IMG/VR virus record: IMGVR_UViG_3300013830_000007
Span: 1 to 64,000 of that record
DNA length: 64,000 nt
Strand: one strand, 5' to 3'
Source of the DNA: a virus
Lineage: Duplodnaviria; Caudoviricetes
The notes beneath the pieces were generated by a model. That model was given only the letters and a program-made list of their open reading frames with translations. It was not told where the DNA came from and did not search any database. The position numbers and the translations under genes were made by a program. How positions within the stretch are numbered: the stretch's first letter is position 1; every line of letters begins with the position of its first letter. Positions 30,179 through 40,191 of this stretch are shown here, piece by piece.

Positions 30179-32029
30179 TTACTTTCTTCCAAATGAATAA
30201 AAAGCTGCCTGAGATAATGCTCTGTTTTCGCTTCCCATATATGCATCTACAATAGACGTATTGGAAGAAGACATCAGTGCTATCTGTTTAGATGATAATG
30301 CAAATACTGGCGTATTCTCTTCTTTAACTAAATCTTCTACTGTCATATTGCACGCTTTCAAAGTTGCGTCGTAATCGTCATAATCTGTTTTAACTTTATC
30401 TTCATTCATATTAGCAGTTAAAATGGAAAATGTTTTCTTAGGTTCAGTTACTGTAGAAGGTCCCACCGCATTCACTGCTGCTTTCATAGTAGAAGCATTA
30501 CCCTCTTTAGCTATACCGGGTAATTTCTTTCTGATAAGATTCATAGTTCTCTGATCAAGATATTTCTGAGCAGCACCGCAATTTGCTAATTGAGTTAACA
30601 AATCGCTCATACCTAAATCAGCGCATAACCCTAATAGAATATCATAAAAATCTTTATTAAACGCATAATCTATACCAGAATTATCTTTAATTCCTGAACA
30701 TAGCGTTTTTGCTAAATCATAGAGTCTCTTAGAAGTAGCAGAATCAGCACTACCTGAGCCAGATATAAAAGAACCGTCAGCGTTTGTGTTAGATCCATAC
30801 TTACCTCCTAATGAAGAAAACATACTGAAGATATCATCAGCTGATGAAATACCTTCAAGTTTATTCATTATGTCGGAAATACGACCAAATTTAGATTTAG
30901 CTAATTTATTGGATAATTTGTCAAAATAATTATTCGATAAAGCATTAAGATTCTTACCTATGGAACCAGGAAACGCTGAGGCTATCGAGGATGCCATATC
31001 TCTGCCAGTATTTAATACCTGATTAGGTAACTCCATGATAGGTTTGGCAAAAGACATCGTAGCTTGAAGTCCAGCTTTAGCTGTACTTACCACAGATGAT
31101 ACAACACCATTAGCAGAATTCATCACACCGCTAACTGTATCCTTAATACTGTCAACAACGCCTTCAACTGCACCTTTAGCTGTTTGTACCGCGGTATCAA
31201 CTGTTTCTGTTGCTTCCTTCATGAAATTCTGAATAGAAGCACTTGCCTTTTCAGAATTCTCTTTAAGTTCATTGGAAAATTTTGTTATTGTATCGGCAAA
31301 TCCAGATGTTCCTGCTTCTTTAGCTTCTTTAGCTAATTTACCATTTTTAGGAAGATCTTCTTTATCAGTTTCTTTAGGTTCCGATTTGGTAGATTTAGTA
31401 GTTTGCTGTACTGTTTGCGTTACAAATGAAACCGGTTTAGCCTGAGCACTTTTATCATCGCCAGATAAAGTTTCTACTTTAGTATTCGCTTCTTTTGCGC
31501 CTTTATCTGCTTTAGGTGAATTAAGAACTGCCTGAGCTTTCTTTTCATCTTCATCTGACTTAAAGAGATTGCTTATTGAATCTGAAGCACTTGATAATGC
31601 AGAGCCTATACCTTTAATAGCAGTATCAGTTGTCGTAGTAACAAGTTCTACTCCTTTAGATACCCCTTCGGCTAAAGCATTAACTGTACTTGTTACTGTT
31701 GACACGGCTGTATTAGCCACATTAACCGCTTCTGTAGCTACGTCGCTTACCGTATTAGCTATACCGCCTATAGTATCTTTAACATTATCTACGATATCAT
31801 TCGCAATATTAGTAAAGGAATTTGAATCAGTTGACTGCTGTGCTTTTTGCTGTTCTGTCACATTTTCCTGCACTGCTGCTTTAGCTCTGGCTACTCGAGC
31901 TTCAGCTTGTTTTCGTGCAGCTGTATTATTACCAGCTTTTTTAAGTTCAGCTTCTGCCTTATAATACTCGTCATAAGAAGCTGACACCTTAGTTGATTGA
32001 GTATTTTTAGAAGTATTAATTATTCCCAT
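30179..32029 (-). CDS. Putative virion protein with amphipathic helical repeats
   Basis: 616 aa, A/S/T/K-rich with ~11-residue periodicity, immediately downstream of the vRNAP subunit gene. Confidence 0.5.
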   Translation of the reverse strand: MGIINTSKNTQSTKVSASYDEYYKAEAELKKAGNNTAARKQAEARVARAKAAVQENVTEQQKAQQSTDSNSFTNIANDIVDNVKDTIGGIANTVSDVATEAVNVANTAVSTVTSTVNALAEGVSKGVELVTTTTDTAIKGIGSALSSASDSISNLFKSDEDEKKAQAVLNSPKADKGAKEANTKVETLSGDDKSAQAKPVSFVTQTVQQTTKSTKSEPKETDKEDLPKNGKLAKEAKEAGTSGFADTITKFSNELKENSEKASASIQNFMKEATETVDTAVQTAKGAVEGVVDSIKDTVSGVMNSANGVVSSVVSTAKAGLQATMSFAKPIMELPNQVLNTGRDMASSIASAFPGSIGKNLNALSNNYFDKLSNKLAKSKFGRISDIMNKLEGISSADDIFSMFSSLGGKYGSNTNADGSFISGSGSADSATSKRLYDLAKTLCSGIKDNSGIDYAFNKDFYDILLGLCADLGMSDLLTQLANCGAAQKYLDQRTMNLIRKKLPGIAKEGNASTMKAAVNAVGPSTVTEPKKTFSILTANMNEDKVKTDYDDYDATLKACNMTVEDLVKEENTPVFALSSKQIALMSSSNTSIVDAYMGSENRALSQAAFYSFGRK

Positions 32030-32031
32030 AG

Positions 32032-32700
32032 TTACACTCCCGATGCGTTAGCTTCAATATGCATACCTGAATAAAGTACATCAAGAGTTACAGCCGAACG
32101 AACAACTGAACCAGTATCCTGAGCAATAGTAGCAGAACCATGTTCCTCAAGTTCACGCTTGAACTCACCAAATGCTACTACATCGCCACCTCTAAACTTA
32201 GTCACTTCTCTAATGGTGGATTTTAATCCACGGGCAAAAAGTGTTTGAACTTCAATCTGTGAAATTTTAGATGCCTCATCTGGTTTGACTACCTGACCTG
32301 ACAACATATCAATTCTCTTATCGCCTTCAGCAACTGAAAGTTTATGATCAACAAACTGAGAGAATCTTCTTACAGGAAGTTGTAAGATAAGAAATTTTCT
32401 TGGTGTATAATAATAAGTTCCTGTAGCTACGCTATATAAACGAAGTCTTTCAAAGAGAAGTACGTCATATTTGTGACATAATGAAATTAGTTTATTGATA
32501 TCGTTGTGATGCATCATATTCGGCGCATAATAAACCAATACATCATCGCCGTCTCTGATACGTTTCATATAGTCATCAAAATCTTTATCTGATAACTTAG
32601 CAAACAATTGAGTATAATATTCAGTATTAGTACCGGTACTGTCGAGATCTTTGACTACTGATAAAATTCTTTCCTGAACTTTCTTTCTTTTAGGTGTCAT
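32032..32700 (-). CDS. Virion RNA polymerase beta C-terminal subunit (phiKZ gp176 / SPN3US gp244-like)
   Basis: QFVDHKLSVAEGDKRIDMLSGQVV...SQIEVQTLFARGLKSTIREVTKFRGGDV aligns with RpoB HLVDDKIHARS...TQQP...[28 protein letters not shown]. Confidence 0.7.
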   Translation of the reverse strand: MTPKRKKVQERILSVVKDLDSTGTNTEYYTQLFAKLSDKDFDDYMKRIRDGDDVLVYYAPNMMHHNDINKLISLCHKYDVLLFERLRLYSVATGTYYYTPRKFLILQLPVRRFSQFVDHKLSVAEGDKRIDMLSGQVVKPDEASKISQIEVQTLFARGLKSTIREVTKFRGGDVVAFGEFKRELEEHGSATIAQDTGSVVRSAVTLDVLYSGMHIEANASGV

Positions 32701-32792
32701 ATAACCTCCACTGATTCTACTATATCATAAAAACAAAAAAAAATAAAAAGCCGCATTGCTGCGGCTTAACAATAATCAAATCAGAAACTAAA

Positions 32793-33179
32793 TCACTTCA
32801 TACATTCGAGATAATTCGTAATGAAGTAATCGTAATTCTTCTTAAGAAATTCACCGTGAGTCTTGGCCACTTCACGAAGTTCCTTAAAACCACTGGGATG
32901 ATAATCCCAGTAATCGTCATGGAAGTATTCGACCACTCTATCCACTTCCTTAGATGGAGCAGTGAACACATCGTGTACCTTAGTGACCGGATTAGTCATA
33001 GAAATAACGCCGGTCTTACCATCGTCGTGCCACTCAATCACCGTATCGTCAGCCTCAACACGATACCCGTCTTCATGACTATCTGATGCATCATCAGAGT
33101 CACGGAGATAAAGTGCTTCGAATACCGTTGAAACAGAAAGCTCTTTAGGGAGCTTAAACTGCTCATAATACTTACTCAT
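32793..33179 (-). CDS. Hypothetical protein
   Basis: ORF track 32793..33203. The start is moved to ATG at 33179, which has a GAGGAG RBS. Confidence 0.6.
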   Translation of the reverse strand: MSKYYEQFKLPKELSVSTVFEALYLRDSDDASDSHEDGYRVEADDTVIEWHDDGKTGVISMTNPVTKVHDVFTAPSKEVDRVVEYFHDDYWDYHPSGFKELREVAKTHGEFLKKNYDYFITNYLECMK

Positions 33180-33759
33180 TATCATACTCCTCAGTTCCTT
33201 CAAGTTTCGTTAAAGTACCGTCTTTAGCAAATGTCCACAACAGTGCTGCCTCCTCATAAATTTCCCTATTGAAGTTTTCATTAAACTTAGCAACTCGATA
33301 TGCAAATTTCATCGTACCCTGATCAGGTTTCTTTGCATACGCAAGTGCGCCATTCAGTTTCTCATTACTATCAATTTTGCTAATTATAATGTTAGCAAGT
33401 ACATCCGGTATACGCACCTTAAGTTCCTTCGTAAAGAATTTCTCTAATGAAGGAGAATGCGCAAGCTTCTTCGCCAACTTCTCAGCGCAATTATGCGCGT
33501 CATGATGCACTTTCTCAAGTATTTGAATATAATTACCCCAATACCAATCACACTGCTCCGGATTATCTTTTGCAGGTTTGTTTGAGTTGTAAAGCCTCTT
33601 AGCTCTGTCAAAAGTCCAGTCTACTTCCTGATTCAGCTGCTCATAATCGGCACCAGTTGCTGCCAAAACATCTCTAGCAGTTTTGATAGCATCTAGCACA
33701 ACAACACCAGCTAAAGTTCTCGCATATTCTACACGAGATGTAGATTCCATGAAATGCAT
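33172..33759 (-). CDS. Hypothetical protein
   Basis: 195 aa with an AGGAGG RBS; first gene after TATATTAT at 33792-33799. Confidence 0.65.
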   Translation of the reverse strand: MHFMESTSRVEYARTLAGVVVLDAIKTARDVLAATGADYEQLNQEVDWTFDRAKRLYNSNKPAKDNPEQCDWYWGNYIQILEKVHHDAHNCAEKLAKKLAHSPSLEKFFTKELKVRIPDVLANIIISKIDSNEKLNGALAYAKKPDQGTMKFAYRVAKFNENFNREIYEEAALLWTFAKDGTLTKLEGTEEYDNE

Positions 33760-33856
33760 ATATACGACCCTCCTATATAAAAGTCACTTATATAATATAT
33801 AACCGAAAAGAACTTGAAAATAGCTCATACCTTATAATAAAGGTATGAGCCTTTAA

Positions 33857-34390
33857 TTATGCATTAGGAAGAACAGTCTTCAATATCTCAGTATTACCTA
33901 CGTGACGATCGTCAGGCAGAAACACATTCAGCATTCGTTTAAACAATGACGTTTTATTAGATATCTTAAAGATAAACCTGGTTAAATCCGCTGAGATAAC
34001 TACCTTAGATTTCTCATAGATGTATACGCCATGATTATACTCAATCTGCACCTTGGCATACGAACATGGCGTTTTAACAAATTTATCTTTCTCAAACATC
34101 TTACGCAGGATTTTCAACGAATTAGCTTCGTTAACACCCTGCTTGGTTACACTATTATCAATCCTGAACTTCTCTTCTAAATCAGTTGAGATTTTAGTCA
34201 AGAAATTCTTATTCTGTGCATCATACGTAACGATTAATGAATAGTCGTCAATTGAATTACCTACCAAATCCAGTAACAGAAAAGGAAGTTTCCTACAGAG
34301 ACTTCCAATACTTGCTGTCCCATTATCAAAGTACTTCTTCATTACTTCGATATCTCTCTTGGTTGCGGTTGCTGCGTTTGTAATGTTCAT
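33857..34390 (-). CDS. Hypothetical protein
   Basis: 177-aa ORF whose 5' end is duplicated upstream. Confidence 0.6.
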   Translation of the reverse strand: MNITNAATATKRDIEVMKKYFDNGTASIGSLCRKLPFLLLDLVGNSIDDYSLIVTYDAQNKNFLTKISTDLEEKFRIDNSVTKQGVNEANSLKILRKMFEKDKFVKTPCSYAKVQIEYNHGVYIYEKSKVVISADLTRFIFKISNKTSLFKRMLNVFLPDDRHVGNTEILKTVLPNA

Positions 34391-34584
34391 AATTACAGCT
34401 CCAATGTAAAATTATCGATGCCCTGCGATTAGAGTACCATACCTCCAATACAGAAAAGGAAGTTTCCTACAGAGACTTCCAATACTTGCTGTCCCATTAT
34501 CAAAGTACTTCTTCATTACTTCGATATCTCTCTTGGTTGCGGTTGTTGTGTTTGTAATGTTCATAATTACAGCTCCAATGTAAA
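34276..34584. repeat. 135-bp direct repeats (34276-34410, 34450-34584) flanking a segment copied from gyrA
   Basis: The two copies differ at 2 positions. Bases 34411-34450 match 35741-35780 at 39 of 40 positions. Confidence 0.9.
34411..34563 (-). pseudogene. Truncated 50-aa chimeric copy of the 33857..34390 gene
   Basis: Reads MNITNTTTATKRDIEVMKKYFDNGTASIGSLCRKLPFL, then YWRYGTLIAGHR* from out-of-frame gyrA-derived sequence. Confidence 0.65.
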
Positions 34585-36852
34585 TAATGTTCTCACCTGA
34601 TCATGTCTCTTAAGTTTTTTACCTAATGCGCTTGCCTTATTTACATCGATCAGATGGTGATCGTCATTATCGTTAAACAGTTTACCTATGTTACATATCT
34701 TTAGATGTTGTATACTAATATTTTTAGTACAATCATCAGGTATATTCAGATAAATGTCTTTCTTATTCATAGGACAAATAGCAAGAACATGCCAGTTATT
34801 ACCAGGAGTCATAATCAGTTTACCTAAGGAATCTTTCTTAAGTATTCTGTCGACTCTGACAATATTAGGTGCGCTTGCAACCATGTGAAATACAATAACA
34901 TTTTCTACCTTATTAGGCAATGCATATACTAAATCAGTACGAGCACCTTTCGAAACATTTTTCCTAACTGTAAAATTAGATACTGTTTCTTCTGTTATTG
35001 TTCCGTTTCTATGAATTGCATAAAACGTTCTTGTTATCGGACAAATAACCCAATCTTTAAATATACCTTCGACCGATTTCTCAACTATTGAAGTCGATTT
35101 ATCTGTCTTATTGATACATAACGTAAGTTCCTCTTTCGTATTCGGATAGCACAATACATCCTGACACCATATCTCACGAGATGGGTTGATCATTGGCTCC
35201 ATACGATTATTCTTAACGATATATCTCCTTGGATACTTCGAATCATAGAAATGTATAAACTTCCTGCAAGACCATTTAGTCTTAAGAAGATTAAGCATAT
35301 CACGTTCATCGAAGAAATTGATTATACCTAAGTTTCCATATTGTACATACCCCTTAAATTCATCAGAATACCTTGTAATTCTGGATGTTTTATACTTTTT
35401 CTTGAGATATGAAACATCATCGATGATCATATCATCAATCCTATCCAACTGCTTCAGATTGTTAGACTGATTTAACTTATTCTGTTCAAGCTTATTGAGT
35501 ATTGCGGTTTTATTAGCTCTGGCTAAAGTAGCTAATGGCTGACCAACAATAATTTCAGCTTGCTTATAAGTTATCTTTTTATCTCTGAAAGCTCTATACA
35601 ATTTCTCAGTAGCTTCTTCAGTAGTACTGCTGCTTCTGATAGTTTGAATAACTTTATCTACTTCATCACAGACTAATAGAATAGCTCTTAACTTAAGTTC
35701 TTCATGAAGCAATTCAGAACGTTTGTAGTTAAGATCACCTATTATCGATGCTCTGCGATTAGAGTACCATACCTCCAATAATTTCAACGGATTAACAGTA
35801 ATAGCTTTACCATCTATCGAATAATTATAGATAGGATGGAAACTACTGGAAAAACATAACTCCGTTTTAATTGCCTCCCATGCTTCAAACGGATTTCTAC
35901 CTGACTTAACTGGAAACAGATATTCAGCTTCATCTGCCGATAACTGATTGGCTGTTGCTATATAACTAAGATAATATTTAGCTTTACTTCTATTCTTATC
36001 AGAACCAGACTTAGTCGCTAAGATATTTCTAAAGTTAGATGTTACCACACCAAAATCAAATTCATACGGTACAGCTTTCAGCGTTATATCGTTTCCCGTA
36101 ATTTCGACACAACCATCCATCTCGATAGGAACTGTATAATCCTCATTAGCATAGGCTTCTTCCAATGCTTCACGATTCTTAATCAGATTTCTTACCGGAA
36201 AAGACGGTATCATATACTTAACGTATTCCTTAGGATGCGGTATGTACAGACGATTGGTTCTACGCATAGTTGCGTAATGAATCACCATATCGCATACATC
36301 TTCAAATTGAATCATAGGGACTTTCGATTTGAATCCGTATCCTATTGTCGTATTGCCTAAAATCAACGCCGTTGGTAATCTGGGAATCAGATGCACTGGC
36401 TCTACGGTAAGAAAATCCTTAGTTGCGGTCATAGGCAATGTACGACTATTCACGCCTTTCAAAAAGACGTCAGTGGCAAAGTCACTGTTTATAGCCTTAA
36501 GATAACGTGAACCCGCAGCACTGCCCGGATCGTAATATTCTCCATTCTTACCATCAATACGTACGAGCGGATTTCCTACTTTAAAATCCTGCGACATACG
36601 TATTGTAGCATCTTCAATAGAGGACTCACCACCAGTATGAGCTTCTCCTACGACTCCTAATAACTTCGTCAGTCCAGCGGGTCTTTCAAGCTTTCTACAG
36701 AACCAAACAATTCTCCGTTGTATCGCCTTAAGTCCATCAATAATATTGGGGAACTTATCGGCAATCACTGAAGATCCATAAGTAATAGAATCTTCTATAA
36801 GTTCCTGAGTACTGTTCTTATTCTTAGTGGTGATGAGATCCTCTTCCTTCAT
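34567..36852 (-). CDS. gyrA: Type IIA topoisomerase subunit A (GyrA/ParC-like)
   Basis: DGLKAIQRRIVW, HTGGESSIEDATIRMSQDF and catalytic AAGSRYL. The C-terminal domain has no clear GyrA-box, so GyrA versus ParC is unresolved. Confidence 0.85.
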   Translation of the reverse strand: MKEEDLITTKNKNSTQELIEDSITYGSSVIADKFPNIIDGLKAIQRRIVWFCRKLERPAGLTKLLGVVGEAHTGGESSIEDATIRMSQDFKVGNPLVRIDGKNGEYYDPGSAAGSRYLKAINSDFATDVFLKGVNSRTLPMTATKDFLTVEPVHLIPRLPTALILGNTTIGYGFKSKVPMIQFEDVCDMVIHYATMRRTNRLYIPHPKEYVKYMIPSFPVRNLIKNREALEEAYANEDYTVPIEMDGCVEITGNDITLKAVPYEFDFGVVTSNFRNILATKSGSDKNRSKAKYYLSYIATANQLSADEAEYLFPVKSGRNPFEAWEAIKTELCFSSSFHPIYNYSIDGKAITVNPLKLLEVWYSNRRASIIGDLNYKRSELLHEELKLRAILLVCDEVDKVIQTIRSSSTTEEATEKLYRAFRDKKITYKQAEIIVGQPLATLARANKTAILNKLEQNKLNQSNNLKQLDRIDDMIIDDVSYLKKKYKTSRITRYSDEFKGYVQYGNLGIINFFDERDMLNLLKTKWSCRKFIHFYDSKYPRRYIVKNNRMEPMINPSREIWCQDVLCYPNTKEELTLCINKTDKSTSIVEKSVEGIFKDWVICPITRTFYAIHRNGTITEETVSNFTVRKNVSKGARTDLVYALPNKVENVIVFHMVASAPNIVRVDRILKKDSLGKLIMTPGNNWHVLAICPMNKKDIYLNIPDDCTKNISIQHLKICNIGKLFNDNDDHHLIDVNKASALGKKLKRHDQVRTLFTLEL

Positions 36853-37373
36853 ACCTTCTCAGCCTCCTTACTGTCTAAGGCAACCCGATTACCCATCGCA
36901 TCAGTAGTGTTAACTACTATCTGCTTAGCGGAATCAAGTGTCTTATCAAAATCCTTTGGTATTCGACTGCTCTCGCTTAACGAGATTTCATGCAACTTAC
37001 CATCCTTATCTTCAACCTTTAAGATGAGATCAACCAGCTGAAGATTAAGTAATGGAAGAATGTGCTCAGTCAAAAACTTCCAAGAAAGCTTATCCTTATA
37101 AAGCCCCTTCCTGGTGTTGCCTCTGTCACTTCCAGCAACATCCTCACGCATACCCTCTCGATTGGCAAATGCTTTATGCAGCTCAGTGTACTTAGCCTTA
37201 CCAATACGATTCTTGATGAACAACCACCTGATGATTCGGGCTATTGCGTTACAATGAATATCCATCAACTGCTCAGGAGTAAAGATGGCGTCATTGCTAT
37301 CTACATAATCATCTGGCGGTGTATCCACGGTCTTAGCGTGTATGTCCTGAAAGATTTTATCAAAATCTACCAT
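36849..37373 (-). CDS. Hypothetical protein between topoisomerase genes
   Basis: 174-aa ORF whose stop overlaps the gyrA start (ATGA coupling). Confidence 0.65.
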   Translation of the reverse strand: MVDFDKIFQDIHAKTVDTPPDDYVDSNDAIFTPEQLMDIHCNAIARIIRWLFIKNRIGKAKYTELHKAFANREGMREDVAGSDRGNTRKGLYKDKLSWKFLTEHILPLLNLQLVDLILKVEDKDGKLHEISLSESSRIPKDFDKTLDSAKQIVVNTTDAMGNRVALDSKEAEKV

Positions 37374-37488
37374 ACTAATTCCCTAACCTGATTAAAAAAA
37401 TTCTGACTGGCATTCGCAACGTCATGCTAAACGTTACCAATCAGAATCCCTTGCACTTCAGTGATATATATCTTGAGATATATTGAAT

Positions 37489-40026
37489 TTAGTACTGCTC
37501 ACCTCTCAACTCAATAAGTTTCATTGCATTAGTTAACGCGCCATTGTGAGTCAGTAAGACTTTCTTGGTTGAAGAATCGTCTTTACTGATTAACTTATAG
37601 TTATACTCAATATCACCTACATGAGTAATATGCGTTAACGACCTTGTTTTAGGATCCATAATAGTCTCAAGGCAATGCTCAGTCTCCATTTCACCCAATC
37701 CTTTATAACGATGAACATGCATAATATTTCTCAGACTTACCATGCACATATACAGCTGCATAGGCGACATTCTGGTAAAATTATGCAACTCAGTATTGGA
37801 ATACTTGGATCTTACCATGAAATTCAAATCGTTATACCTAAACTTTTTAAGGTCTGGCATAATCTCGTTAATAATGGTTCTGCCTACATCATTAAGACCT
37901 ATTGCGTAATCTTCATGTCCGATAGAGATTATCATTGACTGACTTTCTCTATTACATCTGACAACTGCTGAAGAATTCGCAAAATACTTATCAATCGCAC
38001 CATAATCAATCACTGGATATAGATAATCAACTATGTACGCTAATTGCTCAAGTATAAGCAAAGGTACAGATAACTGATCAGCTAAAATTGAGAACCTATC
38101 TCCCAGCATCTCTACGACATAGCAAAGTTCTCTATACAAATCTTCATCCGGTACTATCTCCTTCATTCCGTGCACTACATTGTATACAAGCTTAATGTCA
38201 AGTACAGGTCTATAAATAAACTTGATCTTGGCATCCATCAACGCACTCTTGTCTCTTACATAGAAATAAGAATTATCGCTAATCTGAATTGAATATAGCG
38301 GTGGATTAGCTATCCAAACCATCCCAGATGAGATAATTTTCGGATTGATAATATACAGATTATTCAGATGAAGTTCTCTGATATGATAACCATCTGAGTC
38401 AGCATCTGTCGCTATAATTATCTTACCAAAACGTCTCTTAGTGAAATCAGATGTATTAGGCGTTATACCAAGAATCTTCATGATATCCTGATATATCGGA
38501 TCTTTCATCAATCTATTTCTGTTTTCGACTATCTGATTAAGTCTGGTAGCTGCATTATACGGTTTGCCTCTGGTACAATACACCGCCTGATAACGATTGT
38601 CTCTGGTTGAATTGATGTTACCGGCTGAATTTCCTTCAACTATGAACAGTTCAGTTTCATTTCCATAATTCGCTATAGCGTAATCATTATCTATCGCCTT
38701 ACATTCAGAAAAATTCTTAGGGAAATTAAGATCCATGAAAATCTTAATAACGTCCTGTTTCTTTGTTGGAACATCGTAGTAAGTAGCATACCTATATTGA
38801 ATATCAGGCATAACTGCTGACAGCAATTTACTCCAGAAATCATCAGACTGCTTTAAGAATTCATTCTTTAACTCTTCATAAAACTGTACTCCAAAATTAG
38901 CATCCTTAAACGAGAATTTAGTTGTACCAGATAACTCAGCTCCCTGATACATAACACCTATAGCTAACGATAACGTAGAAAAATTATACTCAGAGCTTAC
39001 AAACTGTTTATATTTTTCATCAGTTAGCTTAGATGATATTAATTCTCTAAGTACCTGCATAGCTGTTATGGTCGCAGTGTTACCAGTTTTATCAGGTAAC
39101 ACCACATTATTCACAGATACAAAGTACTGAGGATTGCCATTATTACTCCTCTTGGTAAAGAATAACCTTATACTGAATCTAAGTTTATCCTCTTTACTTA
39201 CTGGCATCTTATCACAAGAATAACCAAACAGAATAGCTGAACGGGTCTTCCAGATTTCAAACAAATATTCAGCTTTATTCGAAACTGAAGACGAAAGATA
39301 TTCCGATTTAGCTTCTGGTGAATTGATGAATTCAACTAATGAATAATTAACATCAGCTGTACTTTCTGTCCAGATACGATCAGGCAATAATTGGTCTATT
39401 ACGTATATGCTAAAATTAATATTTGTATTAAAAATATTCAATTGTTTGCATAACGATACTAAATCAAGATAACCTGATGATGCAAAATCTTTGGCTTCAT
39501 AAAAGAACTGATCAATATCCGGTTCAAATATGATCAAAACGCCATCTGGAGTTGCAGCTGTATCTTTAGTCAAACTTACTACTTTGCCATCATTCAGATA
39601 CAACGTATAAGTAGCAGATTCGAGATAACTTTTAGATGATGCTCTGAACTTAGTTGAAAGCGCTGCACCTGCTTTTGCGCCTTGTCCGAACTGACCTCCT
39701 GCTGAGTAATATGCTGAATCACTCGCAATCTTACCTGAAGTCTTAAGTTTGGTATAAGCTGGTTCAAGAGAATCAGAAGGAATACCTCTTCCGTTATCTC
39801 TGATAACTATCTGAAATCTGCCAGAAGACAATTCTCTGAAGATGCCAATGAAGATATCACCGCCATCGGGTCTGAGAATAAGTTCATCCATAGAGTTGGA
39901 AATATATTCCCAAATCATATGAATCACACCAGCTGAATCTTTGGATGGAATCAGACTATTAGGACGCTGTCTGATATAATCCATATCTTCATAATGGTGT
40001 ATAGTTTTTGCAGTATACTCTGCCAT
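37489..40026 (-). CDS. gyrB: Type IIA topoisomerase subunit B (GyrB-like)
   Basis: GHKL motifs EYISNSMDE, DNGRGIP and GGQFGQG; TOPRIM ELFIVEGNSAG and IATDADSDGYHI; RYKGLGEM. About 194 aa lie between ANPPLY and RYKGLGEM. Confidence 0.9.
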   Translation of the reverse strand: MAEYTAKTIHHYEDMDYIRQRPNSLIPSKDSAGVIHMIWEYISNSMDELILRPDGGDIFIGIFRELSSGRFQIVIRDNGRGIPSDSLEPAYTKLKTSGKIASDSAYYSAGGQFGQGAKAGAALSTKFRASSKSYLESATYTLYLNDGKVVSLTKDTAATPDGVLIIFEPDIDQFFYEAKDFASSGYLDLVSLCKQLNIFNTNINFSIYVIDQLLPDRIWTESTADVNYSLVEFINSPEAKSEYLSSSVSNKAEYLFEIWKTRSAILFGYSCDKMPVSKEDKLRFSIRLFFTKRSNNGNPQYFVSVNNVVLPDKTGNTATITAMQVLRELISSKLTDEKYKQFVSSEYNFSTLSLAIGVMYQGAELSGTTKFSFKDANFGVQFYEELKNEFLKQSDDFWSKLLSAVMPDIQYRYATYYDVPTKKQDVIKIFMDLNFPKNFSECKAIDNDYAIANYGNETELFIVEGNSAGNINSTRDNRYQAVYCTRGKPYNAATRLNQIVENRNRLMKDPIYQDIMKILGITPNTSDFTKRRFGKIIIATDADSDGYHIRELHLNNLYIINPKIISSGMVWIANPPLYSIQISDNSYFYVRDKSALMDAKIKFIYRPVLDIKLVYNVVHGMKEIVPDEDLYRELCYVVEMLGDRFSILADQLSVPLLILEQLAYIVDYLYPVIDYGAIDKYFANSSAVVRCNRESQSMIISIGHEDYAIGLNDVGRTIINEIMPDLKKFRYNDLNFMVRSKYSNTELHNFTRMSPMQLYMCMVSLRNIMHVHRYKGLGEMETEHCLETIMDPKTRSLTHITHVGDIEYNYKLISKDDSSTKKVLLTHNGALTNAMKLIELRGEQY

Positions 40027-40191
40027 TCTAACACTCCATTTGCAAATTAATGCATATTATTATATAAGTACATTTTTATACAAAAATTACCCAGTACTAT
40101 AGTACAGACTATTTTAATAATATATATTCATTAAACATCTGAACTAAATCATATCTGATCATGCAATAGTAACTCAAACGGGAGAATCATT

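Noticed and set aside
25265-31964. Plus-strand ORFs such as 25265..26005, 28642..29076 and 31569..31964
   Set aside because: They are antisense to low-complexity or biased real genes.
34276-34584. CRISPR-like mini-array (repeat-spacer-repeat with self-matching spacer)
   Set aside because: The repeats are 135 bp of coding and RBS sequence, there is only one insert, there is no palindrome and no cas genes are present. A duplication scar explains it better.
34567-40026. T4-type (gp39/52/60) topoisomerase
   Set aside because: Motifs, subunit sizes and the C-terminal domain fit the bacterial GyrA/GyrB type.
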